A stretch of DNA of 59,351 bases, the filler included. It is 3 parts of 3 records of this genome, joined end to end, with 100 filler letters (N's around TTAATTAATTAA, not from the genome) between each part and the next. Parts side by side here need not be neighbours in the genome. Positions count along the whole stretch, not along the records: positions 25,493 to 45,416 come from DRR378314_386; positions 45,517 to 59,351 come from DRR378314_394; 1 more part is not named here. One strand, given 5' to 3'. Below, piece by piece: positions 36,167 through 45,985 of this stretch. A program made the translations under genes and the position numbers. The notes under the pieces are model-generated. The model was not told the DNA's origin. It worked only from the letters and a program-made list of their open reading frames with translations, and ran no database searches. Numbering within the stretch: position 1 is the stretch's first letter; each line of letters starts with the position of its first letter.

Positions 36167-37867
36167 TTACTGCACCAGATAGGGTTTCTTGAAAGATTTG
36201 GCCTGTGCGCCGAATACGTCATTCACCGGGAAATCGCCCATTAAGTATGGGTGCATTCCTTGATTCTTGAGGTTTTGCAGGAATTTCCCGAACCCGGACA
36301 GATCAACCAGCGTCGGCGCTTCGGTCAAATGGGTTGGTTGGGGTGCGCCCATGTCTTCCAGCACGGTTTGCAGCTGTTCCATCGGGGCTTCCACGAAATC
36401 GGCCATCGTCCAGACCCGGATTCTTGAATTTGAGCGGGCGGTATCAAGCAGCTCAAGCTGTTTTGTTTCTCGCTGTTGCAAGCGGGCGGCTTCACACCGG
36501 ATATCGGCAAAATTCATGTTAGAGCGGAACAAAGGAACGGCCCACGCCCCGGTGATGATCGCGATATTGGCATTTTGGTCGCGCGCCAGAAATTCGCTGA
36601 TCTGCTGGTTGTCGTTCGGCCCGAACTGAAAACACTGGCGTTCGCCGCGCGTGTTCCAGATGACATTCGACAGGAAGGCAGTTGGGTTATAATCGCGCAG
36701 CATGGCACAATCACTGAGCACGCCGTTCATCAACGCCTCATCCCCTGCGAATTGTGCCCTTTCAAGATGAAAAAGATGCCCGTGTACCCGCGCGCCAGTG
36801 GCATTTGCAAGCCAGGGCTCAAAGTCTTCAAACAGCTCGGAAAAACCCTGGAGTACGGAATATGGAAAGGCCGAAAGGCTCCGTTCGCATGTCGAGCGCG
36901 GGAAACAGCTTTGCATATACAGCCCGTCCCGTCCGCGAACGCGCCGCTCAACGGCTTTGGAAAAGACCCGGTCAATCTTTCCCGGGTTGGGCTCAGCAGG
37001 GGTCAGCGCGCTGTTTTCATCCGTAAGAAAGGTTTGATACAGTCGATCCGCCCCCTGCCAGATTTTGCGCGCCACAAAACAATCCGACCGGCGGAGCAGT
37101 TGCAGATGGTCGTCGTAAAACATATGCGGTCGGCCCTGGTAGTCGAATTTTGACAATGTCAGCGACCGGCTCTCGATATGTGTTGAATAAAGCCGTGCGA
37201 GTGTTTGAAAATAGCTTTCGTCCGGGATCCAGACCTTACGGAAATAGTGATCATATTCCTTGCGCTTTGGGTCCTGCAAAATGGCCGAAAGTGTTTGTCG
37301 GGTCAGGCACCACCATTGGCTGCCCATATGTGGCACCAGACCTTCGGGAATAGTGCGGCGCATACCAAGAGCACGTTGAAATCGCACATAGGCGTCGAAC
37401 ATTCTACGGCGCTTGCGCCATGAAAACGGGAACCGAAGGGTGAACCGTTCAAGATCCAGCCCGCCGATTGTCCAGCTGACATCGCGTGTTGTGGCGCTTT
37501 CGATAAAATCAACGCGGGGACGATCGGCCAGATAGTCAATCAACTCACCCACGGGGCGCAGCGGCAGACAGGCACCCGACGACAAGTAAACGTGCCGAAC
37601 GTCCGGAAAGCGCTCTAGCATCTGCGCGGCGGCGGATTGTGAGGCCGCAACGATGCCCCAACTGCCCCACTCGCAGACATGTCGATCCGAAAACTGGATC
37701 AGGGGGTCATCGGCGCAGGCGGCGATAAACTTGAAATAGGTCGGGTTGCCCACCTTGCGATCCACATGGATCACTACGGGGCAGCCCGAGGCCGTCCAGT
37801 GTCGCGCCACCTGCTCAACCCGGTCCAGCGCAGTGTGCACCAGCATGACGATGCCCAGGCTGCTCAT
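36167..37867 (-). CDS. GT14 (core-2/I-branching-like) glycosyltransferase with extra C-terminal domain
   Basis: IHVD, CEWGSWGIV, LSSGACLPLRP, GSQWWCLTR, IPDESYFQT. Confidence 0.85.
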   Translation of the reverse strand: MSSLGIVMLVHTALDRVEQVARHWTASGCPVVIHVDRKVGNPTYFKFIAACADDPLIQFSDRHVCEWGSWGIVAASQSAAAQMLERFPDVRHVYLSSGACLPLRPVGELIDYLADRPRVDFIESATTRDVSWTIGGLDLERFTLRFPFSWRKRRRMFDAYVRFQRALGMRRTIPEGLVPHMGSQWWCLTRQTLSAILQDPKRKEYDHYFRKVWIPDESYFQTLARLYSTHIESRSLTLSKFDYQGRPHMFYDDHLQLLRRSDCFVARKIWQGADRLYQTFLTDENSALTPAEPNPGKIDRVFSKAVERRVRGRDGLYMQSCFPRSTCERSLSAFPYSVLQGFSELFEDFEPWLANATGARVHGHLFHLERAQFAGDEALMNGVLSDCAMLRDYNPTAFLSNVIWNTRGERQCFQFGPNDNQQISEFLARDQNANIAIITGAWAVPLFRSNMNFADIRCEAARLQQRETKQLELLDTARSNSRIRVWTMADFVEAPMEQLQTVLEDMGAPQPTHLTEAPTLVDLSGFGKFLQNLKNQGMHPYLMGDFPVNDVFGAQAKSFKKPYLVQ

Positions 37868-38874
37868 GCCCAGTTCCCCTTCGACATCAGGCCGAGGATC
37901 TCAAGCTGCCTCCAGTTGATGTATTTTTCGGACCATTTGTTCCAGAAAACTGGCCTGTTCTCTAATTGCTGGACATAGGCTTTGTATTCGCCAGAGCTTC
38001 GGTAATGCTGGTTGCGGTTCAATTCCTCGCGGGCCTTGTCGCCCAGCGTGTCAATCAGCTTTGCGTGCAGCAGCGCGCCGCTGGTTTTTTCACCCCCTCG
38101 TTCCTCATAAACCTGATTGAGACCGCGGGGCAGCAATGCATGGGTCGAGCTGACATAGGCGTACCTACGATGCCACTTCACCAGAGGAATCTTGTTCAGC
38201 GCGGGGGCTTTCTTGGGCGTTTCCCGAAAGAAAACCCGTGCGCGGGCACCACCTTGAATCCATAGGTTTCCATAGGTCGGATTCCGGGTGATCATGTAAT
38301 TGCCCGAGTCGAACCAAGAAGCGATTTCAAAAGGATTCTGGCCTTCCTGATAGGGCATCTCTTCGATTGCGCCTTCGGGGTACATGTCGATCAGCATGGT
38401 GCCAAAGCTGCGCACGCCTGTGTCGTCCAGCCAGTCGGTCAGCGCCCGGATCGGGCGGGTATCGCAGAAAGGGTAGACAAAGAATTCATCAGGATCGACA
38501 GTTAATACCCAGTGCTTGTGGGCATATGTCCGCAGCAGATAATTTGACCAATCCAGCCCTTAGGTTGCCTGCTTATAACCGGCATCGGTCCACCAAAGTG
38601 ACACATCCGGCTGATCAGCCAGAAATTCACGGGTGCCATCGTCACTGTTGTTGTCAATAAACAGAAAGTGGTTGACGCCTAGTTTTCGATAATAGTCCAG
38701 AAAATAGGGAAGGCGGATACATTCATTTCGCACGACACTCATCAGCAAGACATCCTGCGGACGAATGCCCGAGGTGTTGTTCTGAACCGGCTTCAACTGG
38801 TGCCGTTTACGCAGGCAACGCAAAAGGCGACGCTTGCGCCGCAATCTCATGCGATAGGAATCCAAAAGGCTCAC
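37864..38874 (-). pseudogene. Family 2-like glycosyltransferase interrupted by one in-frame TAA (38562-38560)
   Basis: Track ORFs 38560-38886 and 37864-38415 share a frame. The sequence reads GYKQAT*GLDWSNYLLRTYAHKHWVLTVDPDEF, colinear with the intact paralog (NYRASRFGLDWLTWLQWKYAHGHWSLMVDADEL). GTG start at 38874. Confidence 0.88.
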
Positions 38875-38996
38875 GCGGCTGCCCAACCTTTTTTGATACG
38901 CGCGTCTGCCCGGGGCCGCCTGAGGCCTGAGTGGTGCCGGACATTATCGTTTTATGACATTTCTGCACCTTGTGAGGCAACGGGTTTAAATCCCGT

Positions 38997-40043
38997 TTAC
39001 TTCCCCGCAGTGGCTGGAAAGCCGCCACTGTTCATCAGCCCTAGCTTCCGCAGCTGCCACCAATCGCTCAGCTGTATCGAGGCTGGCGTCCAAAGATCAG
39101 GTCTGCTGATGATCCCGTCGTAATAGGTGCTGAATTGATCGGGGTCGTGGAAATGCTGTCGCCGCTGTTTCTCGGCCTGCGATTTTTCGACTACCTCGGG
39201 CAGGAATTTCGTGTGCAGCAAAACGCCCGAGGGGGTGTTCCCGCCCGGCCCGTCATATCCAAAGTTCAAGGTGCGTGGCAGCGCGGAATGGGTGGAGTTC
39301 ACGTAAGCCATGTGTCGCGACCACCGAACCAAAGGGATTTTGTTCAGCGTTGGTGATCGTTCGGGCTGCTCCGCAAAGAACACACGTTCGCGCATCCCAC
39401 CCTGAGCCCACAGGTTTCCCATCGGCATCTGGCGCTGGGTGCGATAGGGGCCGGGTTCAAACCAGTTCAGAACACCGGTTGGATCGGACTGCGGATCATA
39501 GGTTTGTGCGCCTATCGGACCTTTGGGATAGAGGTCCAGCATCAGCGCACCAAACGCGGGCTGCCCGCGCGCGTCCAACCACGTGGTCAGATCACGCAGT
39601 GTATGTGTGTCGTGATGGGTATAGACCAGCAACTCGTCGGCATCGACCATAAGGGACCAATGCCCGTGGGCGTATTTCCATTGCAACCACGTCAACCAAT
39701 CCAACCCGAACCGGGATGCGCGATAGTTGGCAGCGGTTTGCCATAGCGATACATCCGGCTGATCCAAAAGATACGGGACCGAGCCATCGTCGCTGTCATT
39801 GTCCACCATCAAAAAGTGATCAACGCCCAATGCGCGATAATGTTTGAAGAACCACGGCAAACGGGTGATTTCGTTGCGCAGAGTGGTGAACCCAAGGATT
39901 GCCTTGGGCTTAATCTGCTGGGTCCGGTTGCAAAGCGAGGTCAGTCGATGGCGGCTGCGAAAGGATCGCCACAAAAGCCGCTTGCGTTTCAGGCGCAGCT
40001 TATAACGCTGCACCCAATTCAGCGGCTGATCATCGATGCTCAC
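38997..40043 (-). CDS. Family 2-like glycosyltransferase (intact paralog)
   Basis: LRNE..LPWFFKHYRALGVDHFLMVDNDSDDGS, VDADE, LLHTKFL; GTG start overlaps the galE stop (GTGA). Confidence 0.9.
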   Translation of the reverse strand: MSIDDQPLNWVQRYKLRLKRKRLLWRSFRSRHRLTSLCNRTQQIKPKAILGFTTLRNEITRLPWFFKHYRALGVDHFLMVDNDSDDGSVPYLLDQPDVSLWQTAANYRASRFGLDWLTWLQWKYAHGHWSLMVDADELLVYTHHDTHTLRDLTTWLDARGQPAFGALMLDLYPKGPIGAQTYDPQSDPTGVLNWFEPGPYRTQRQMPMGNLWAQGGMRERVFFAEQPERSPTLNKIPLVRWSRHMAYVNSTHSALPRTLNFGYDGPGGNTPSGVLLHTKFLPEVVEKSQAEKQRRQHFHDPDQFSTYYDGIISRPDLWTPASIQLSDWWQLRKLGLMNSGGFPATAGK

Positions 40044-41023
40044 TTTTTGTAGCTGCCGTTCTGATGCCAGCGCCAAGCATCGGTGATCATCGTCTCTAAT
40101 GTTGATCTTTTTGCTGTCCAGCCCAGCTCGTCCTTGGCCCGGACCGAGCCCGAGACCAGCCGCGTGCAATCCCCGGCCCGGCGTGCGCCGACACTGTAAG
40201 GTACGGCGCGATTGGTGACTGCTTTGGAATGCTCGATCACTTCCATCACCGAAAAGCCCGACCCGGTGCCCAGGTTAAACACACGGCTTTCGTTGCCCTC
40301 TTCCAGCCATTTCAGCCCCAGAACATGCGCATCGACCAGATCACAGACATGAACGTAGTCGCGGATGCATGTTCCGTCTGGTGTGTCATAGTCGGTGCCA
40401 AAGACCGTCAGCCCGTCGCGCTTTCCGTCTATGGCATCCAGCATCAGCGGCACCAGATGGGTTTCGGGTCGGTGGAACTCGCCAACCTCAGCCTCGGGAT
40501 CGGCGCCAGCCACGTTGAAATAGCGGAAGATGACATGGTTCAGCCCGTAGGCGGCCTGATAGTCGCGCAGGATATCCTCAATAGCCCGCTTTGAAGCACC
40601 GTATGCGTTCAGCGGGTGCTGTGGCGTGGTTTCATCCAACACTACATTGTCATGCTCACCATAAGTGGCACAGGTCGAGGAGAAGACGAAATCCAGACAT
40701 CCAGAGTCCACCGCCGCCTGAATCAGATTCAAGGACCCGGTCACATTGTTCGACCAGTATCTTCCGGGCTCGGACATCGCCTCGCCCACCTGACTGAGGG
40801 CGGCGAAATGCATCACAGCGGCGGGTTGGTACTTGGCAAACACCTCATCCAGGTGCGCGCGGTCCAGCAGATCACCTTGTTCGAAGGGGCCAAATTTCAC
40901 CGCATCCTGCCAACCCGTGACCAGATTGTCATAAGTCACCGGGATATAACCCGCTTGCGCCAGTGCCTTGCAGGCGTGCGAGCCGATATAGCCCGCGCCG
41001 CCGGTGACCAGAATATAGGTCAT
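40040..41023 (-). CDS. galE: UDP-glucose 4-epimerase
   Basis: GGAGYIGSH, HFAA, FSSTCATYG, YGASK, RYFNVAGA, DGTCIRDYVHV. Confidence 0.95.
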   Translation of the reverse strand: MTYILVTGGAGYIGSHACKALAQAGYIPVTYDNLVTGWQDAVKFGPFEQGDLLDRAHLDEVFAKYQPAAVMHFAALSQVGEAMSEPGRYWSNNVTGSLNLIQAAVDSGCLDFVFSSTCATYGEHDNVVLDETTPQHPLNAYGASKRAIEDILRDYQAAYGLNHVIFRYFNVAGADPEAEVGEFHRPETHLVPLMLDAIDGKRDGLTVFGTDYDTPDGTCIRDYVHVCDLVDAHVLGLKWLEEGNESRVFNLGTGSGFSVMEVIEHSKAVTNRAVPYSVGARRAGDCTRLVSGSVRAKDELGWTAKRSTLETMITDAWRWHQNGSYKK

Positions 41024-41820
41024 TCCAACCCCATCTCAGCCATCATCTCTTCGATCTTGGCGACGTCCTGTGGGTTGTTCAGTTCCCAGAACTGGCGGCC
41101 TTTGGCCTCGACCTCGACGCACAGAACCTTGCGACCGTTTTCCATGAAACGTAGCTGCTCCAACCCTTCCAGTGATTCCAGCGGGCCACTTGGCCATGAC
41201 GGATACGCCGCCAGTGCATCAGGCCGGTAGGCGTAGACGCCAACATGGTGAAAGACCGGGGTTGGATCGGTGCTGGCATAGATCTCGGAGGTGAACGGGA
41301 TCACCTCTTTCGAGAAATACAGCGCGCTGTGATCGTTGCCAAATACCGCTGTTGTGCCCCCTACGCGGCCATGTTTGCGGTCATTTAGAAACCCATTCAG
41401 CGCGTCGCCATCACAGCGCAGAACCGGGGTGGCGACGCCCGCCTCCGGTGCGGCACGCAGGCCCGAAATCAGGTCTTCCACAAACCAGTGAGGGGTCAGC
41501 GGCGCATCACCCTGAAGGTTAACCACGATTTCGTATCCACCGCCCAATTCCGCATGTGTTTCTGCGCAGCGCTCCGTGCCGTTGCGGCAGGTGTCCGAAG
41601 TCATGACGACCTCGGCCCCGAACCCTTCGGCTGCTTCGCGAATACGGTCGTCATCGGTGGCGACAACCACACGATCCACACCCGAAACGGAAATCGCGGC
41701 GCGCCATGACCGTTCTATCAAGGTCATGCTGGTCCCATTGGCGCCCGTCAGTGGCACCAGAGGTTTGCCAGGATAACGGCTTGAGGCATAGCGAGCGGGA
41801 ATCGCGATCAATACGGACAT
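41020..41820 (-). CDS. kdsB: CMP-Kdo synthetase (3-deoxy-manno-octulosonate cytidylyltransferase, KdsB/KpsU)
   Basis: IPARYASSRYPGKPL, VATDD, GTER, NLQGD, ALYFSK, LEGLEQLR. Confidence 0.93.
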   Translation of the reverse strand: MSVLIAIPARYASSRYPGKPLVPLTGANGTSMTLIERSWRAAISVSGVDRVVVATDDDRIREAAEGFGAEVVMTSDTCRNGTERCAETHAELGGGYEIVVNLQGDAPLTPHWFVEDLISGLRAAPEAGVATPVLRCDGDALNGFLNDRKHGRVGGTTAVFGNDHSALYFSKEVIPFTSEIYASTDPTPVFHHVGVYAYRPDALAAYPSWPSGPLESLEGLEQLRFMENGRKVLCVEVEAKGRQFWELNNPQDVAKIEEMMAEMGLE

Positions 41821-42617
41821 CAGGCTTCCTTTAGGTCTACGCCCGGAGCATAGGCGATGAAAAACGGATTGGCATAGCCGTCTTTGCCATAGGTCAGCGG
41901 TGAATGGTCGTCAAAGCGAACCACATTCCCGCCTGCGCCAGCAAGAACGGCGTGGCCTGCGGCGGTGTCCCACTCCATCGTGCGGCCCACGCGAGGATAA
42001 AGATCAGCCTCACCGGTCGCGACCAGGCAGAATTTCAGTGATGATCCGGCGCTTTTGCTGTCGCGCACCTGATATTTGTTGATGTAATCTTCGGTCGCCT
42101 GATCCCGATGTGACTTTGACGCAACGATCAACAACGCTGAATTGTCAGGTTTAGAGACTGATATTGGTGTCACCTGGCCAACTTTATTTTTGTCCAAAGC
42201 ACCGGTTTCCTCAACCGCTTGCCCGTCGGCCTGAGTATAGAACATTCGTCCCCGCGCCGGAGCATAAACCACACCACGCGTCGGCACGCCATTCTCGACC
42301 AGCGCAATATTCACCGTGAAATCCCCACGCCGGTTGATGAATTCTTTGGTGCCGTCCAGCGGATCGACGATCAGGAATGTGTCGCCTTTCTTGGAGTGTG
42401 AGGCCGCCTGTTCCTCGGTCACCAGTAAGATATCAGGGAAGGCTTTACGCAACCCGGCCGAGATCAGCGCATCGGCCGCCTCATCCGCCTCGGTCACCGG
42501 GCTGGAATCGGATTTGACTTTGACATCGAAATCATCCGCCTCATAGATCTGCATGATTTTGTCCCCGGCCTGCAGGGCCAGCCGCCGGATGACGGGTATC
42601 AGGGCGTCATAGGTCAC
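41820..42617 (-). CDS. cysQ: 3'(2'),5'-bisphosphate nucleotidase
   Basis: KSDSSPVTEAD, VDPLDGTKEF, SKSH, GSSLKFCLVATGEADLYPR, EWDTAAG. Confidence 0.95.
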   Translation of the reverse strand: MTYDALIPVIRRLALQAGDKIMQIYEADDFDVKVKSDSSPVTEADEAADALISAGLRKAFPDILLVTEEQAASHSKKGDTFLIVDPLDGTKEFINRRGDFTVNIALVENGVPTRGVVYAPARGRMFYTQADGQAVEETGALDKNKVGQVTPISVSKPDNSALLIVASKSHRDQATEDYINKYQVRDSKSAGSSLKFCLVATGEADLYPRVGRTMEWDTAAGHAVLAGAGGNVVRFDDHSPLTYGKDGYANPFFIAYAPGVDLKEA

Positions 42618-42740
42618 AAAAATGTTCCGATCTTTTGGTTTGTTGATACAGGTTCAACACGGACTTATGATGCGGCGGATACGGAACGGCAAGAATTTCG
42701 TGCCATAGTCGCGGGTAACGCAGCAGAAAAGAGCGGTCGG

Positions 42741-43562
42741 GTGTTTCACTATAAACGAAATCAGTCACTGATAGGCGCGGCCTTCACAACGGCCGAGTTG
42801 ATATTCCACGCGGTTGTCCGCAACATCCGGTCGCAGCATTCAAATGCAGTCATGGCAATCGTCATAAACATCCTCCAGGTGGTGGTAGTTGCGACGGCCT
42901 TCTATTTCATCCTGTCCCTCATGGGTACACGGATCGCCAAGATACGCGGTGAGTTCATTCTTTTCTTGCTGTCGGGTGTGTTTCTATTTCTGACGCATAT
43001 CAAATCGGTCGGCGCCATTGCCGGTGTCGGAGATGGCAACAATCCCATGACCCTGCATTCGCCGATGACCATGTTGGTGATGCTGGCGGCTTCGGCGCTT
43101 GGTACGCTTTATACGCAACTTGTCTCGATCCTGGTGATTTTGTTTGTCTACAGCGTTGCCGTTTCACCGCTCGAGATTCAGGAGCCAAGTGGCGCCTTTG
43201 CCATGCTTGTACTGGCTTGGTTCACGGGATGCTCCGTGGGACTCGTTTTTTTGGCGCTGAAGCCGTGGTTTCCCAATACGGTGACCATCCTTAAAAATGT
43301 CTACCGCCGCATGAACATGGTGTTCTCCGGCAAAATGTTTGTCGGCAACGCCCTTGGTGGGTTCATGTTGACCATGTTCGCCTGGAACCCTCTGTTTCAC
43401 ATCATCGACCAATGCAGGGGTTTTGTGTTCCGCAATTATTTTCCGCGTAATTCCAGCTGGGAATACGCGCTTTGGGTGGGCATCGTTTTGACGATGATCG
43501 GCTTGTTGGCCGAGTTCTACACGCGCAAGCAGGTCTCAAAAAGCTGGGATGCGCGGCGATAA
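42741..43562 (+). CDS. ABC-2 type polysaccharide export permease (KpsM/Wzm-like)
   Basis: About six hydrophobic helices, FSGKMF, WNPLFHIIDQCRGFVF; divergent from cysQ. Confidence 0.85.
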   Translation: MFHYKRNQSLIGAAFTTAELIFHAVVRNIRSQHSNAVMAIVINILQVVVVATAFYFILSLMGTRIAKIRGEFILFLLSGVFLFLTHIKSVGAIAGVGDGNNPMTLHSPMTMLVMLAASALGTLYTQLVSILVILFVYSVAVSPLEIQEPSGAFAMLVLAWFTGCSVGLVFLALKPWFPNTVTILKNVYRRMNMVFSGKMFVGNALGGFMLTMFAWNPLFHIIDQCRGFVFRNYFPRNSSWEYALWVGIVLTMIGLLAEFYTRKQVSKSWDARR

Positions 43563-43574
43563 GTGCAAAGCGCC

Positions 43575-44177
43575 CTAAGTTGCGACCCGCAAGGTCAGGT
43601 TGATGCGCCCGCCCTTTGGCAGCAGCTTGGATGATCCGAACCGGATGCGATCTACACCATGGTAAGTCAGCCTTGCCGGGCCCCCCATGATCACCACATC
43701 ACCTGAACTCAGCCAGATCGATTCGGTCTTGCCACCTCGTGTGGTGTTGCCAATTCTGAAAAGCGCGTCATCACCCAAAGAGATCGACAAAACTGGCCAA
43801 GAGAAATCGGCTTCGTCCTTGTCCTGATGCAAGCCCATCTTTGTGCCTTCGCCGTAATAGTTGATCAGGCAGCAATCGGGCTGACGATCCGCGCCGGTCA
43901 GGTCCCGCCAGATTGACAGAATCTCCTCCGGGATCGCGGGCCAGCCCATACCTTTCGGATGGGTGTCCTGATACCGATATCCCGCCCGATCTGTAACCCA
44001 ACCCAAGACCCCGGCCGAGGTCATCCGCACCGACATTTCCTTGCCTGAGGGTGTGACGGGCCGATAAAGTGGGGCGGCCTTCAGAATCGGTCGCAGCAGG
44101 TCAATCAGAGCGGTTTGTGCCGCCGCATTCAAATAGGCTTTGCGGATATCAAATCCGCGTAAAAGCAGCCGCGTCAT
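43575..44177 (-). CDS. alkB: Fe(II)/2-oxoglutarate dioxygenase AlkB
   Basis: [40 protein letters not shown]. Confidence 0.93.
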   Translation of the reverse strand: MTRLLLRGFDIRKAYLNAAAQTALIDLLRPILKAAPLYRPVTPSGKEMSVRMTSAGVLGWVTDRAGYRYQDTHPKGMGWPAIPEEILSIWRDLTGADRQPDCCLINYYGEGTKMGLHQDKDEADFSWPVLSISLGDDALFRIGNTTRGGKTESIWLSSGDVVIMGGPARLTYHGVDRIRFGSSKLLPKGGRINLTLRVAT

Positions 44178-44251
44178 CCAAGAATCCCCAAACCTTGCCA
44201 AAACCTTGCCAAAAAAGGCCAAAGAATCCTGAAAACCTGTGTTTCTGAACG

Positions 44252-44280
44252 CTTGCAGGCCCCTGTTCTCGCCCTTATAT
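44252..44280 (+). promoter_or_regulatory. Putative RpoH (sigma-32) promoter of dnaK
   Basis: CTTG-N18-CTTATAT about 110 bp upstream of dnaK, matching the alphaproteobacterial heat-shock consensus CTTG-N17/18-CYTATNT. Confidence 0.7.
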
Positions 44281-44390
44281 ACGCCTCGACGCGCGATGGT
44301 GTAGTGCTGTCGCGCACATCAATCGGGGATGGGATGCCGCAACGGGTCCAACCCTCGGAACATCGCCTTGAAGAGAAAGGGATTGAAAAT

Positions 44391-45416
44391 ATGGGAAAAG
44401 TAATCGGGATTGACCTCGGGACCACAAACTCGTGTGTTGCCATCATGGACGGCTCACAGCCGAAGGTCATCGAAAACGCCGAAGGGGCGCGGACCACGCC
44501 CTCGATCGTCGCCTTCACTGAAGATGAGCGACTGGTCGGTCAGCCTGCAAAACGTCAGGCGGTCACCAACCCGGACAACACGATCTTTGGCGTCAAGCGC
44601 CTGATCGGTCGTCGCGTGGATGACGCGGAAGTCGAAAAAGACAAGAAAATGGTGCCGTACGCCATCGTTGATGGCGGCAATGGCGACGCGTGGGTTGAAG
44701 CCCGCGGTGAAAAGTACTCCCCAAGCCAGATCTCGGCCTTCACTCTGGGCAAGATGAAAGAGACGGCTGAAAGTTATCTGGGTGAGGAAGTCACACAAGC
44801 GGTCATTACTGTTCCGGCATACTTCAACGACGCGCAGCGTCAGGCCACCAAAGACGCAGGCAAGATTGCCGGTCTGGAAGTGCTGCGGATCATCAACGAA
44901 CCGACAGCGGCTGCGTTGGCCTATGGTCTGGACAAAGAAGAAACCCAAACCATCGCGGTCTATGACCTTGGTGGCGGTACCTTCGACGTGACCATTCTTG
45001 AAATCGACGACGGTCTGTTTGAAGTTAAATCGACCAATGGTGACACCTTCCTGGGTGGTGAAGACTTTGACATGCGCATCGTCAACTATCTGGCGGATGA
45101 GTTCAAAAAGGAACACGGTGTCGATCTGTCTGCCGACAAGATGGCCCTACAGCGTCTGAAAGAAGCTGCTGAAAAAGCCAAGATCGAACTGTCCTCGACC
45201 TCGCAAACCGAAATCAACCAGCCGTTCATCTCGATGGGTGCCAACGGTCAGCCGCTGCACATGGTCATGAAACTGACCCGTGCCAAGCTGGAATCACTGG
45301 TTGGAGACCTGATCAAGAAGTCGATGAAGCCTTGCCAGGCGGCCCTGAAAGACGCCGGTTTGACTGCTGGTGATATTGATGAGGTTGTTCTGGTCGGTGG
45401 TATGACCCGGATGCCG
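44391..45416 (+). CDS. dnaK: Bacterial Hsp70 DnaK, 3'-truncated by contig end
   Basis: [43 protein letters not shown]; no transit peptide, no introns. Confidence 0.97.
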
Positions 45417-45516
45417 NNNNNNNNNNNNNNNNNNNNNNNNNNNNNNNNNNNNNNNNNNNNTTAATTAATTAANNNNNNNNNNNNNNNNNNNNNNNNNNNN
45501 NNNNNNNNNNNNNNNN
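45417..45516. other. Artificial contig-joining linker N44-TTAATTAATTAA-N44
   Basis: Identical to 25393-25492. Confidence 0.98.
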
Positions 45517-45542
45517 TCTCTCTCTCTCTCTCTCTCTCTCTC
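45517..45542. repeat. (TC)13 microsatellite at start of contig C
   Basis: Seen directly. Confidence 0.9.
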
Positions 45543-45985
45543 CAGGAAAATCCCAACACTATCAGCACACCAATGAAAAAAAGTAGACGACCAAAGTGCA
45601 TCATGTGTTGGAATCTGAGCCGTCGAAAAGCTTTACTTCGACGGGGAAAATGGCTTCCCTCACATTCAGCAAACGTCCACCAATCGCCAAGCACTGCTCA
45701 CTCTGGCAAAGCCCAACCGCACGAAACCAAAGCACGAGAATCCCCACCCCTATACACAGAGAATAAAGAAACTAACCAAGAACATTTGGTAAACAACATC
45801 GGATTTCTTCGCCTCGTCGATGGTTGTAATCCTGCACACCGAAAGGGACCAACCGCGTGAAGTCAAAGCGAAAGTGTAGATTAGAAGTGGCAGCGAAAAC
45901 ATCCTCCGACCGATGTGGCGCCAAGTTTTTTCTATTGCAGAGCCAATTCCGGCCGCGGCCAACGGCGCTGCTCCTCTTGGAAGGT

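Noticed and set aside
38560..38562. Stop-codon recoding or alternative genetic code
   Set aside because: TAA terminates other genes on the same contig (e.g. 32063-32065, 34717-34719, 43560-43562), and TAA is not a Sec/Pyl codon.
38979..38997. Hairpin AACGGG-N7-CCCGTT after the GT2 stop as a terminator
   Set aside because: Short stem with no U-tract, inside a co-directional cluster.
25493..45416. Large bacteria-to-eukaryote horizontal transfer
   Set aside because: Both junctions are synthetic linkers, the terminal genes are truncated, and operon structure is intact with no introns.
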